NCBI GenBank assembly: GCA_051252135.1
Contig: JBPOGH010000014.1
Coordinates: 1-64,000, forward strand
DNA from: Verrucomicrobiaceae bacterium
Lineage (GTDB): Bacteria; Verrucomicrobiota; Verrucomicrobiia; Verrucomicrobiales; Akkermansiaceae
Direction: 5' to 3'
Length of the DNA stretch: 64,000 bases
A model generated the notes under the pieces. The model ran no database searches. It was not told the DNA's origin and was given only the letters and a program-made list of their open reading frames with translations. Each line of letters opens with the position of its first letter. Position 1 is the first letter of the stretch. Of this stretch, positions 27,775-37,043 are shown piece after piece. The position numbers and the translations under genes were made by a program.

Positions 27775-28599
27775 CTAGGTCGAAACCAGCTCCGCCGGGA
27801 AGAACCACTGCATCAACAAAGTCAGGAAAAAGTTCACCACCAAAATTGCCAACGAAGAAAACACCATCGCATCCGTCGTCCCCCGTCCCACCCCCACCGC
27901 ACCATTCGTTGCCCGAAGCCCCTGGTGACAGGAAATAATCACGATCAACACCCCAAAAAACAACCCCTTCACCACCGCAATGAAGACATCGGAAAGCGCC
28001 ACATACTTCTCCATGTTGAACACCCAATAGGCCGACTCCACGCCAAACACGTAAACCCCAATTACATAGGACGCGATCATCCCAAAAGCCGCCGACTCCG
28101 CAATAAGCAGAGGCACCGACACAACCATCGCCAGCAGCCTCGGCGTCACCAAATAGTCAATCGGATGCACCGCCATCGACCTCAACGCATCAATCTGCTC
28201 GCTCACCTTCATCGTCCCGATCTCCGCCGCCATCGCCGAGCCCACCCGCCCCGCCAACATCAGCCCCGTAATCGTCGGACCCAACTCCCGCAACATCGCC
28301 ACCGACACCAGTCCCCCGGTCCCCGTCTCCAGACTAAAAAGCTTAAATTGAAAGTAGGTCTGCGCCGCCAGCACCGCCCCCGTAAACGCCCCCGTCACCC
28401 CCACCACCACCTGCGATCTCGCCCCGATCTCCGCCACCTGTGCAAAAAACTGGGCAAAGCGCTTCTGCCCCCTCGTGATCGAAACAAAGATCTCCGCCAC
28501 CAGAAGCCCCAGCTCCCCGAGATAATCCACGAACCGAAGAACCGGTCGTCCCGCTGCCCGCAACACATTCAACGGCGAAACCCTACCTCCACTTGGCAC
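27775..28599 (-). CDS. mlaE: MlaE-family ABC transporter permease
   Basis: LRELGPTITGLMLAGRVGSAMAAEIGTMKVSEQIDAL; GAVGVGRGTT. Confidence 0.92.
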   Translation of the reverse strand: MPSGGRVSPLNVLRAAGRPVLRFVDYLGELGLLVAEIFVSITRGQKRFAQFFAQVAEIGARSQVVVGVTGAFTGAVLAAQTYFQFKLFSLETGTGGLVSVAMLRELGPTITGLMLAGRVGSAMAAEIGTMKVSEQIDALRSMAVHPIDYLVTPRLLAMVVSVPLLIAESAAFGMIASYVIGVYVFGVESAYWVFNMEKYVALSDVFIAVVKGLFFGVLIVIISCHQGLRATNGAVGVGRGTTDAMVFSSLAILVVNFFLTLLMQWFFPAELVST

Positions 28600-28649
28600 A
28601 AAACAAAACCTCGAATCCTCCTCGCCCAGGACATCCTTGGGTAATCGAA

Positions 28650-29336
28650 CTAGCGTCGACGCCGCACCAACAGCCCCGCTCCCAACAACATCATCACCCC
28701 CGATGACGGCTCGGGAACCGGTGGCGGCGTCCAGTTGTCATCCCCAATCTGGAAATAAACGAAATCCTCCTGGGGCAATCCAAGCCGGATCTGGGTAAAG
28801 GTTCCCACCATGTGAAACGTCCCGTCCGCCGTCGTCCCCTCCCCGTTGCTATCACCACCCTGAATAAAAGGAATCGTCCAATCCGCTCTCTTCAAGCTCG
28901 TCTGCCCCGGGTTCCCGTACCCCAGATTTCCGGACTCAATCTCGAATTTGATCGCCGCACTCGTCAGATGATCATTCGCCGTAAAACTGTAGTGATGACG
29001 ACCCGCCATATGAAAAACCGGATTCGTGATTGGATTCGAAAAGGTGATCACAAAATCTCCCATCGAATTCCCCACGTGATCCGTCCGCAGCGCATCTCCC
29101 GTGGCAATCGTCGGTGAAAAAAGGTTTCCGTCCGCAAACACCGTACTCGTCCCATCAGTCACCGTCCCCGCCACACACCCAAAAACATTCACCGTAGAAC
29201 TCACATTGTTGATCAACAAGGTCCCGCTCGCCTGGTCATTGCTCCCATTCACCGACGTCCAATCGGTCCACGCCTGACCCAACGCTCCTGACGGCACCGC
29301 AATCAGGGTGCACAAAACTAATGAAAGCTCCTTCAT
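28650..29336 (-). CDS. PEP-CTERM exosortase-substrate protein
   Basis: Signal peptide from ATG 29336; C-terminus VPEPSSGVMMLLGAGLLVRRRR. Confidence 0.92.
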   Translation of the reverse strand: MKELSLVLCTLIAVPSGALGQAWTDWTSVNGSNDQASGTLLINNVSSTVNVFGCVAGTVTDGTSTVFADGNLFSPTIATGDALRTDHVGNSMGDFVITFSNPITNPVFHMAGRHHYSFTANDHLTSAAIKFEIESGNLGYGNPGQTSLKRADWTIPFIQGGDSNGEGTTADGTFHMVGTFTQIRLGLPQEDFVYFQIGDDNWTPPPVPEPSSGVMMLLGAGLLVRRRR

Positions 29337-29359
29337 CGAGCGCCCATTATCGGCCATTT

Positions 29360-29386
29360 TGTGAATAAGTCCATAATTTATTCACA
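29360..29386. promoter_or_regulatory. Perfect 9-bp inverted repeat upstream of the PEP-CTERM gene
   Basis: TGTGAATAA-N9-TTATTCACA. Confidence 0.45.
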
Positions 29387-29409
29387 TCTTGATAGTTCGG
29401 ACTTCTTAA

Positions 29410-31368
29410 TTAATTAATCCCGATGGCCTCTTTCACCCTGTAAAATCTCCTCAACGCCCCAGGCGTATCACTCACCGAGCTCGTCCCGCTCGCATCTCCT
29501 GTAACGTCACCTCCCACCACGGGAGCCCAAGTTTCCAGATCAGCACTCGACTCCAAAAGATAAGCCACACCCTCCGAGCTATTCCAGCTCAACACAAACT
29601 CTCCCGCCGCTGCGCCCGGAGCGATCACCAAATTCAACCCTCCCAATCCGGGCACATTGATCGCGTATACTCTCAGATCAAATCCCAGATCAGAACTTGC
29701 CGAACTCGAGTTATGCAGACTTACCGCAATTTCCACCGGCACATCCGGCGCCAAATTTTGATTCAACGCGATAGCATACTGAGCAATCGCTTCGGTCGTA
29801 ATATTATGTGGCGGAGGAGTCGCATCTGCCGCCAAAGTCAGCCAACTGTTGGCATCCTCACCCGCCCCAACATTCACCCGCGCAACCTCTGAACCATTCA
29901 CATAAATGATCGCCCCGTCATCGATCAACCCCTCAAACCCGAGGTGCGCCGTCGCCACCGTCGGAGTGAAGCTTGTTCGAAAATACGCCGTGTAACGAAG
30001 CCCCGCAGCCGGCGCCGTATCAGCCATTCCATCCCCATTGTGATCTTTTCCTCCCCAGATGTTCGTCGCAATCGGATCCCCATCCAACGCCCCATATCCA
30101 AAAAGCGCCTCACTTGGCCCCGAAAAAGCCGGCCCATCATAAACCGCCGCACTGTGCCACGTGCTGTAAAAATCAGCATCCACCAAGCCCGGATCCAACG
30201 GCTGGTTCGCCCCCCCAACCAAAAGCAAATACTCCCAATCACTCCGGGCCGGAAGCAACTCCGCAACCGGATCAAGGACACTGATCCCCTCTTCAATCTC
30301 CAGCGTAACCTCCCCCACTCCTCCCCCGGCACCATCCACCGCAATCCGATAAGTCACTCCCTCCACCGCATCAAACTCCACCCGCGCTCCCGCAAAAAAC
30401 GGCTCCTCATTCTCCTCACTCGAGGCCGGCACCGCCAAGCTCCCATACCGCATCACCGGAGTCAGTCCATCAACCGAATCTCCCGTATAAACCGCCAAAA
30501 CCTCGTTCATCGTCGGTGACCCCGCCCTGATCGCAATCCGTCCGGTCTGCGTCGCGGTGTAATGCCACCACGACGATGAATTTCCTGCGACTCCGGCATG
30601 GTTCGGCTCGCCCGTCTCGTTGACCGAATCCATCCCTCCGATCTGATTGTCATTGGTCCCCGTCACCACAATTGGCAACTCGCCCGACAGCTCGATCGAA
30701 TCCGCAAAGTCGTTGTTCGGAACCGGAGTGAACGTCCGGGACTCCACGCCCAACTCAAACCCAATGTCCGAACTCGTCGGCGACACATTGTGCAATGACA
30801 CCGCCAACACCGCCACCTCGTTCAAAGGCAGCACCGCAGGCACAAACTCACTGATCGGGACCGACTCGGAACCGTTCCCCTCCGCTTCCAGAATCCACGT
30901 GTCCGGTTCAATCTCCTTGGCAGGCATGTTCACCCGCGTCAGCTCCACCCCGTTCAGGTAAATGATGATCCCGTCATCAATGATCCCCGTGAAATGCAGA
31001 TGCGTGAATGGCTCGGTCGGCGTAATCGTAGTCCGCACATAAACCGTGTGCCGGCTCCCCGATGGCGGGGTGTTCGTCGCCCCCAACCCATCAGGATTCC
31101 AGATATTAACGTCCATCGTCCGCGTCCCAATCACCCCATAACCCAGATAACCGTCCACCGCCGTAAACGCAGGCCCGTCATACCCCGCCACAACCGGATC
31201 TTGCCACGTCGTATGAAAGTCGGAATCAACGGAAGCCGGATCCAAAGGAACCTCCGCCTCGCGATACAACAAATGCTCCCAACCAACCTCCTTAACAGAA
31301 AGGATTTCAGCCGAAACAGAAACGGATAACAGCGCCGAAGCAGCAACAAGGGGAAGAGGGTTCATCAA
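29410..31368 (-). CDS. Secreted protein with two copies of a ~190-aa beta-rich domain and a C-terminal module
   Basis: Signal peptide; duplicated YDGPAF..GYG..NIW..IDDG.IIY.NG.E..RVN..AVSLHN.S..SSD.GF; central NNDFAD..TGEPNHAG..WW domain; ends RRFYRVKEAIGIN. Confidence 0.87.
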   Translation of the reverse strand: MMNPLPLVAASALLSVSVSAEILSVKEVGWEHLLYREAEVPLDPASVDSDFHTTWQDPVVAGYDGPAFTAVDGYLGYGVIGTRTMDVNIWNPDGLGATNTPPSGSRHTVYVRTTITPTEPFTHLHFTGIIDDGIIIYLNGVELTRVNMPAKEIEPDTWILEAEGNGSESVPISEFVPAVLPLNEVAVLAVSLHNVSPTSSDIGFELGVESRTFTPVPNNDFADSIELSGELPIVVTGTNDNQIGGMDSVNETGEPNHAGVAGNSSSWWHYTATQTGRIAIRAGSPTMNEVLAVYTGDSVDGLTPVMRYGSLAVPASSEENEEPFFAGARVEFDAVEGVTYRIAVDGAGGGVGEVTLEIEEGISVLDPVAELLPARSDWEYLLLVGGANQPLDPGLVDADFYSTWHSAAVYDGPAFSGPSEALFGYGALDGDPIATNIWGGKDHNGDGMADTAPAAGLRYTAYFRTSFTPTVATAHLGFEGLIDDGAIIYVNGSEVARVNVGAGEDANSWLTLAADATPPPHNITTEAIAQYAIALNQNLAPDVPVEIAVSLHNSSSASSDLGFDLRVYAINVPGLGGLNLVIAPGAAAGEFVLSWNSSEGVAYLLESSADLETWAPVVGGDVTGDASGTSSVSDTPGALRRFYRVKEAIGIN

Positions 31369-31442
31369 TGGAGGCGGTCTTGTTGACCACCTGACAAACT
31401 ACTGCGGCCTCCAATCCGGTCAAGATTGCAGAAAACGCAACC

Positions 31443-31580
31443 CGCCTTTGCTCACAAAGAATGCAGCAGCCCGATCCCGGCTCCGCGACTCCCGAGGGGG
31501 TCAGGCAGATGTCTCAAAGCCTGGTCGGACTGCTGCAAAGCATCCACTTAACCCCACTCTAACACAAAATCATAAAGGCG
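31443..31580. other. Long branched intergenic hairpin
   Basis: TGCAGCAG (31462-69) pairs with CTGCTGCA (31530-37); CCGATC/GGTCGG; GGCT/AGCC; inner GACTCC-cgag-GGGGTC; outer CGCCTTT/AAAGGCG. Confidence 0.5.
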
Positions 31581-31656
31581 CGATGAGAATGAAGCGTCCC
31601 TTTTGTAACAATCCCCATCGAATGATCCCCCTCACCCTCCGTCCAAGTCACCCCAT

Positions 31657-31689
31657 AAAAAACCGCCCCCGGAAGCTCCGGCGACGGTT
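31657..31689 (-). terminator. Rho-independent terminator of the PDZ gene
   Basis: Minus strand AACCGTC-G-CCGGA-gct-TCCGG-G-GGCGGTT followed by a T-tract. Confidence 0.8.
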
Positions 31690-31715
31690 CTCAAAAAGTC
31701 TTTACCGGAGGTCCG

Positions 31716-32603
31716 CTACTCCGCTGCCGGCACTTCCACCGGAGGAGTAATCTCGGGCGCTTGCTCCCTGACCTGCGGAGGATGGGGGCGCAAATTGGAA
31801 GCTCCGGGATTTGGGGGGCTCGGAGGGTTCACTCTCCGTGTGCGCTGGGGAACAGGCTTTGGCTCGACAGCCTGGGGCTGACTTGGAGGAACCACTCGAT
31901 TCAACTGCGGCTGAATCCGGGGGACATACCGTGGCGGACGACTCTTCAACTCCTCACGACGATTCATCTTTTTCACTTCCGAAAGAATTTCACCCAACAA
32001 CTGCTCCACTTTCGCATCCCTTGACGTATTTCCACCGGCCTGCCGGGGGGATGGCCTGACCGCTGCACGATTCTTTAAATCATCCAATTTTTGCCGCACC
32101 TCGCGAACTTGCTTCTCTTGGGCCGGCATCGCCGCCGCCGGGGAATTGAGATTAAAGAGATTCACTCTTGGCTCATCAATCGGTGCCTTCTGTGGCGTCA
32201 CTTTCATGTCCGTTTCCTGGTCACCACGCTTCACCCGAACCGTCAATTCCTGCTCCCCCGCCGCTCCAATGATCCCCTTCAACGCCGGAAAACCCGACAG
32301 CTTGATCCCGTTGATCGACAAAATTTCATCCCCCTTTTGAATCCCGCCCTTTTCCCCGGCCGACCCATCCATGATCCCCCTGACTATCAATTGGGGACCT
32401 TCCTGAATCATCACTCCGATCTGAAATGACGGCTCACTCAATTTCGCTCCCTCATTCCAGACAACTTGCGGCCCCTGCATCATCCCCGCCCTGCTTTGCA
32501 TCTGGGGCTGACAGCAAGATGGCAGTGGCTTCGCGGTCTCCGCCGAAAGTTTCGGTAAAACAAGCGGCAGGGCACACAACATGATAAAGGTTTGGGGCTT
32601 CAT
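31716..32603 (-). CDS. Secreted PDZ-domain protein with Pro/Gln-rich tail
   Basis: Signal peptide from ATG 32603; IGVMI..GSAGEKGGIQKGDEILSINGIKL..LTVRVKRG PDZ signature. Confidence 0.85.
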   Translation of the reverse strand: MKPQTFIMLCALPLVLPKLSAETAKPLPSCCQPQMQSRAGMMQGPQVVWNEGAKLSEPSFQIGVMIQEGPQLIVRGIMDGSAGEKGGIQKGDEILSINGIKLSGFPALKGIIGAAGEQELTVRVKRGDQETDMKVTPQKAPIDEPRVNLFNLNSPAAAMPAQEKQVREVRQKLDDLKNRAAVRPSPRQAGGNTSRDAKVEQLLGEILSEVKKMNRREELKSRPPRYVPRIQPQLNRVVPPSQPQAVEPKPVPQRTRRVNPPSPPNPGASNLRPHPPQVREQAPEITPPVEVPAAE

Positions 32604-32671
32604 ATCAAAATGGATTTGGTTCTCACCTAGGAAACGCCGCGCGGCCAAAAATTTGCCTTTTTACTGAGAAA

Positions 32672-32867
32672 AGTGGAGGACGTCGGCGACAGCGCGATCG
32701 ATCTCGGGGGGGATCGGTGTGGTCTCAGCTTCATGCAGAAAAAACTCACGATCACATTCGCGCTGCCGCCTCGTCACACAGCGGACCCCGTTTGACTTGC
32801 GCCGCCAAATCCCAAGGGGGCTCGGGATTCTCCGGCTCAAAACGAGGCCGCTGCCAAGACGTCCACT
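32672..32867 (-). ncRNA. Candidate structured non-coding RNA or leader (three-way junction); family not recognised
   Basis: Closing stem AGTGGA[GGA]CGTC / GACGTCCACT; arm 32685-32770; arm 32779-32853 with inner hairpin 32808-32829; three A-C mismatches on + become G-U on -. Confidence 0.55.
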
Positions 32868-32924
32868 CAATCAAATTACCCCATTGTCTGGACCCGTCCA
32901 CAGGGAATTAAATTTACTTTGTGG

Positions 32925-32940
32925 TTACATGTAATTACAT
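32925..32940. promoter_or_regulatory. Overlapping palindromes, candidate operator
   Basis: TTACATGTAA (32925-34) and ATGTAATTACAT (32929-40), 10 nt upstream of the next start codon. Confidence 0.5.
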
Positions 32941-32950
32941 TTAAAGTCAA

Positions 32951-33223
32951 ATGATGAACCTATCCGATGACCTGCCCCCGCATTGGATCTGGATCAAGGC
33001 CGCCGCTTTCCTCCTCATCCTATCCCTCTCTGCCGCTCTCACCCTCTTTCTCACGACTCCCCTCCAACGACTCTTTCCCCTCTTTTGCGTCATCTGGAGC
33101 TCCGCACGCCTCTACTACTTCGCCTTTTACGTCATCGAGCACTATCTCGACCCAAACTTCCGCTTTTCAGGCCTCTTTTCCTTGGCCCGACTCCTCAAAA
33201 ATAGAAAAGTCCCCCCGAAATGA
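32951..33223 (+). CDS. Small hypothetical membrane protein
   Basis: Two hydrophobic helices; RLYYFAFYVIEHYLDP; stop overlaps the next start (ATGA). Confidence 0.75.
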   Translation: MMNLSDDLPPHWIWIKAAAFLLILSLSAALTLFLTTPLQRLFPLFCVIWSSARLYYFAFYVIEHYLDPNFRFSGLFSLARLLKNRKVPPK

Positions 33224-33876
33224 GAACCCTCGCCATCGGAGATATTCACGGCTGCCTCGCCCCCCTCAAACACATTTGGAAAGCAATCGACCCTCAACCC
33301 GAGGATCGCATCATCTTCATGGGCGACTACGTCGACCGCGGCCCCGACTGCAAAGGCGTCATCGACTTCCTCATCAGCATCCAGGACCAATTCGACATCA
33401 CCTTCCTCTCCGGGAACCACGAGGAAAAATTCTTCCTCTCCGAAATGGACCTCACCGACCGCGACCACTGGCTCCGCGTCTGGGGCGGCCCCGAAACCCT
33501 CGAGTCCTACGGCCCCGGCGGCTTCGATGACATCCCCGAATCCCACTGGGAATTCCTCCGGAAATGCAAACCCTACCTCGAGACCGACACCCACATCTTC
33601 GTCCACGCCAACCTCGAGCACGACGTCCCCCTCCACGAACAACTCCCCTTCACCATCGTCCATAAAAAATTCGGCACCCCCAAGCCCCACATGTCCGGCA
33701 AAATCATGATCGCCGGCCACACCGCCCAAAAATCCCACCTCCCCCTCAACCTCGGCCACGCCGTCTGCATCGATACCGACCCCGGCCGCGGCGGCTGGCT
33801 CACCTGCCTCCACGTCGAAACCGACGAATACTGGCAAGTCAACTTCGATGGCGACCTGCGCAAAGGGAAAATCTAA
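33220..33876 (+). CDS. Metallophosphoesterase (PPP family, PrpA/ApaH-like)
   Basis: GDIHG, GDYVDRGP, GNHE, FVHA, GHT, IDT. Confidence 0.93.
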   Translation: MRTLAIGDIHGCLAPLKHIWKAIDPQPEDRIIFMGDYVDRGPDCKGVIDFLISIQDQFDITFLSGNHEEKFFLSEMDLTDRDHWLRVWGGPETLESYGPGGFDDIPESHWEFLRKCKPYLETDTHIFVHANLEHDVPLHEQLPFTIVHKKFGTPKPHMSGKIMIAGHTAQKSHLPLNLGHAVCIDTDPGRGGWLTCLHVETDEYWQVNFDGDLRKGKI

Positions 33877-34559
33877 CCCCGCTTCCGACGCCCAAGCACC
33901 GAAAGCAGCCCTCCAAGCACAAGTAGAGATACAGAAGGCTCGGGAACCGTAGCGCTCTGATACTGAATCACCGTATTCGAAGGATTCACAAAATTGATTC
34001 CAAGCCCCAACGACGTCAACCGGTTGGTAGTCCCATCCTCGTTGAGATCGGTTCCCGTATACGTGATCGTCCGCGACGTGGTGTGACTGCCGTTGATCGA
34101 ATCCGAAATGATCGAGACCGCTCCGTTTCCACCGTGTGTGATGTTGGTTTGCGGACGAAAAACATTGTCGTAGACCAACTGCCAATCCCCGTCGAGGCCC
34201 GTTGACGGCGGCGCTTCCGCAACCACAGCCGAAGTGATCGTGCTCACCGGGTAATAGGCTCCGCCACTGTAACCAAGCTCATACTGCCCACTCGAGTTCG
34301 ACATGTTCCCGCCATCATAATAAAAATTCGCGTCGGACCAGTCGCTGAAAATATGCGTCAGCGTAATCGTCGCTCCGGGGCCGGGATCCACATCTCCTGA
34401 ATCAAGCGTGTAGGTCGCAATCACGTTGCCTCCATCCGCCCCAAGGCCGGAAAAGTCCGCCGAAGTGAAATGGTATTCCGAAGTGGCCTGTGCCGAAGCT
34501 TCAACGGAAAGAAGGATACACAAACCCAAGGTGAGTGATGCTTGAAACGCTTTGGCCAT
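33873..34559 (-). CDS. PEP-CTERM exosortase-substrate protein
   Basis: Signal peptide; C-terminus VPEPSVSLLVLGGLLSVLGRRKRG. Confidence 0.92.
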   Translation of the reverse strand: MAKAFQASLTLGLCILLSVEASAQATSEYHFTSADFSGLGADGGNVIATYTLDSGDVDPGPGATITLTHIFSDWSDANFYYDGGNMSNSSGQYELGYSGGAYYPVSTITSAVVAEAPPSTGLDGDWQLVYDNVFRPQTNITHGGNGAVSIISDSINGSHTTSRTITYTGTDLNEDGTTNRLTSLGLGINFVNPSNTVIQYQSATVPEPSVSLLVLGGLLSVLGRRKRG

Positions 34560-34619
34560 GATTCGCAGAGTCGGGTGAATGACAGTTCAGGGCAAAAATC
34601 CCTGAGCGACAACGGACCA

Positions 34620-34648
34620 TAACTCGAAATTTTAGTTAATTCGAGTTA
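34620..34648. promoter_or_regulatory. Perfect 9-bp inverted repeat upstream of the second PEP-CTERM gene
   Basis: TAACTCGAA-N11-TTCGAGTTA; also TCAGGG-N7-CCCTGA at 34587-34605. Confidence 0.45.
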
Positions 34649-34699
34649 ATTTTTAACGCTTATTAACAATTGAGCCAGACCCTTAAAAACAACCCGATC

Positions 34700-36163
34700 T
34701 CAAAGCAACTTCGCCCTCAACCCTTCCGTGACAATCTTCGGATTCGCCTTCCCCTTGGAAGCCTTCATCACCTGACCCGTCAGGAAATTCAGCAACTTCT
34801 CATTCCCCCCTTGAATCTCCGCCACCTTGTCCGGATTCGCCGCGATCACTTCGTCAATCAATCCGTCGATCGCTCCCGTGTCCGCAGGCTCAAAGCCCAT
34901 CTCCTTCGCCAGCGCCGCCGGCTCCTTCTCCGGAGCATCCCACAGAGCCACAAAAAGCTCCTTCGCCTGGCTGTTCGAGATCGTCCCCGCCTCAATCAGG
35001 TTCAACACCTCCGCCAGCTTCTCGGCCGTCACCGGAGAATCCGTGATCTCAATCGACTTCTCGTTCAGCAGCCCCAAAAGATTATTAATAATCCAGTTCG
35101 CCACCTTCTTCCCCGGTGTCTTGGCCCCGGCCTCCGTCGTTTCAAAATAAGCACATAGGTGAACATCGGAAGTAATCACCGAAGCGTCATACTCCGTCAG
35201 ACCCAACTCACTCTGGAAACGGGCAAACTTCTCATGCGGCAACTCGGGAACCAAAGGCCGCACCTTCTCAATATACGCCGCCGTATCCACCGGCAACAGA
35301 TCGGGATCAGGGAAATAACGATAATCATGCGCATCTTCCTTCCCGCGCATCTCCTGCGTCTCCCCCAAATCATCATCCCAGCGACGGGTCGACTGCACCA
35401 GCGGCTCGCCGTTATCCAGCGCATCAGCCTGACGCTGAATCTCATAATGAATCGCACGCCGCACCGCCGAGGTCGAGTTCATGTTCTTCAACTCAATCTT
35501 CGTCCCCAAGGGCTCGCTCGCATCCTTCCGCAGGGAAATATTCACGTCGCAACGCAACTGCCCCTTCTCCATCCCCGCTTCCGAAATGCCACCCGCGATC
35601 AAAATCTGCTGCAGCGACTTCAGATAAGCAAAAGTCTCCTCCGCCGACTCCAGATCCGGCTCCGAAACAATCTCCATCAACGGCGTCCCCGCCCGGTTAA
35701 AATCAATCAACGACGTCTTCGCCTGGTGCGTCGACTTCGCCACATCCTCCTCCAGGTGGATCCGCGTCAGCTCCACCACCTTCCCCGGATTCTTAATATC
35801 CTTCTGCGCGTCCTTCGGATAGTTGTGCGGATAAAGCGGCACCCCGCCACCCAAACACAAAGGCAGATCCAGCTGCGTGATCTGGTAATCCTTCGGCATA
35901 TCCGGATAAAAATAATTCTTCCGGTCCCACACCACCGTCGGAGGCGTCGAGCATCCCAAAAGCATCCCCGAAAGAATCGTCCGCTCGATCGCAAACTCGT
36001 TCAACACCGGCAACGCCCCGGGCAACCCCAGACAAGTCGGGCACACATTGGAATTCGGCTCATCACCAAAGGACGTGCGGCAACCGCAGAACATTTTGGT
36101 GTTCGTATTGATCTGGCAATGAACTTCCAGACCGATGGTGACGATGTAGTCGGAGAGATGCAC
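34700..36163 (-). CDS. gatB: Asp-tRNA(Asn)/Glu-tRNA(Gln) amidotransferase subunit B
   Basis: IGLEVHCQ, RKNYFYPD, RIHLEED, DFNRAGTPLMEIV, YRYFPDPDL, GQVMKASKGKANP. Confidence 0.97.
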   Translation of the reverse strand: MHLSDYIVTIGLEVHCQINTNTKMFCGCRTSFGDEPNSNVCPTCLGLPGALPVLNEFAIERTILSGMLLGCSTPPTVVWDRKNYFYPDMPKDYQITQLDLPLCLGGGVPLYPHNYPKDAQKDIKNPGKVVELTRIHLEEDVAKSTHQAKTSLIDFNRAGTPLMEIVSEPDLESAEETFAYLKSLQQILIAGGISEAGMEKGQLRCDVNISLRKDASEPLGTKIELKNMNSTSAVRRAIHYEIQRQADALDNGEPLVQSTRRWDDDLGETQEMRGKEDAHDYRYFPDPDLLPVDTAAYIEKVRPLVPELPHEKFARFQSELGLTEYDASVITSDVHLCAYFETTEAGAKTPGKKVANWIINNLLGLLNEKSIEITDSPVTAEKLAEVLNLIEAGTISNSQAKELFVALWDAPEKEPAALAKEMGFEPADTGAIDGLIDEVIAANPDKVAEIQGGNEKLLNFLTGQVMKASKGKANPKIVTEGLRAKLL

Positions 36164-36212
36164 GCGCAGGGTTTAACCGCTCGTCATGAAATTTCAACAC
36201 CGGAGCGACCAC

Positions 36213-37001
36213 TTACTGACGAAGACCCAGGGACTTCTCCACATTCAGCTTCATCAGGGCCTCCCGCGCTTTCGCGTCCTTCGTGACATCGCGCAGCCTG
36301 TCATTCTTCAACAACGCTCCAAAATCCCCCTCACGAATCGAACTCTGCAGAGACTCCTCCACCGGCAGCGCATGGGGAATCTCATCAATCGGCATCTGAT
36401 AAAATGCCCCCGGCTTGTCCTGCACAATCGCCAACTTCGCCGCATTGGCCTGCGCGGGATCATTCAGAAAATCAAATTTCTGGTGAAGCTGGCCAATCCG
36501 GCTCGCATCGATCCACGTCTTGATCTTGGCAAAAAACGGCTCCGCCTTGGCCGCATCAAAATTATCCCCCGCATATTCCTTCAGCCGCTCCAGCTCCGCC
36601 ATCGTCCCCGCATAACGCACCCCCGTAAGCGCCCCATAAAGAATCACCCCTCCCACCACCAGACTCAGCACGGAACCCGGAATCCCAAAACCCAATTTGC
36701 TAAAGGCACCCGTCTCCCGACTCCCGCCCTGCAAAAAACCCAGAATCGTCTTGGCAAAGAAAAAGGCCCCAAAAAAAGCAATCGCCCCCACTGCCACACT
36801 CATCCAGGGCTCCGGCTTTTCGACCAGGACTTTGGAGAGCGAAAAGCCGTTGTTGTGCCCCCAGATTCCAGCCACCGCCCCGATCGCCACCGAGATCACA
36901 AAGAAGAAGAAGCCAACCAGCTTCTTGATAAAGCCGAGCACCGCGAAGATCAACAGCGCACCCAATATGAGCCCGTCCGTGCCAATGTTTGAGAAATCCA
37001 T
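36213..37001 (-). CDS. CvpA-like membrane protein
   Basis: About four N-terminal hydrophobic helices and a soluble C-terminal part; the CvpA resemblance is by topology only. Confidence 0.6.
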   Translation of the reverse strand: MDFSNIGTDGLILGALLIFAVLGFIKKLVGFFFFVISVAIGAVAGIWGHNNGFSLSKVLVEKPEPWMSVAVGAIAFFGAFFFAKTILGFLQGGSRETGAFSKLGFGIPGSVLSLVVGGVILYGALTGVRYAGTMAELERLKEYAGDNFDAAKAEPFFAKIKTWIDASRIGQLHQKFDFLNDPAQANAAKLAIVQDKPGAFYQMPIDEIPHALPVEESLQSSIREGDFGALLKNDRLRDVTKDAKAREALMKLNVEKSLGLRQ

Positions 37002-37043
37002 AAGCGGTCCACAAACTGGCACGGACAGGAGGGAATCAAAAGC

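Noticed and set aside
32714..32730. TPP riboswitch (GCTGAGACCACACC on the minus strand)
   Set aside because: The downstream GAACCTGATC..TAAT..GCG.AGGGA core is missing, and there is no thiamine gene nearby.
32672..32867. 6S RNA assignment for the structured element
   Set aside because: The length fits, but it has two separate arms off a short closing stem, not a single rod with a central bubble.
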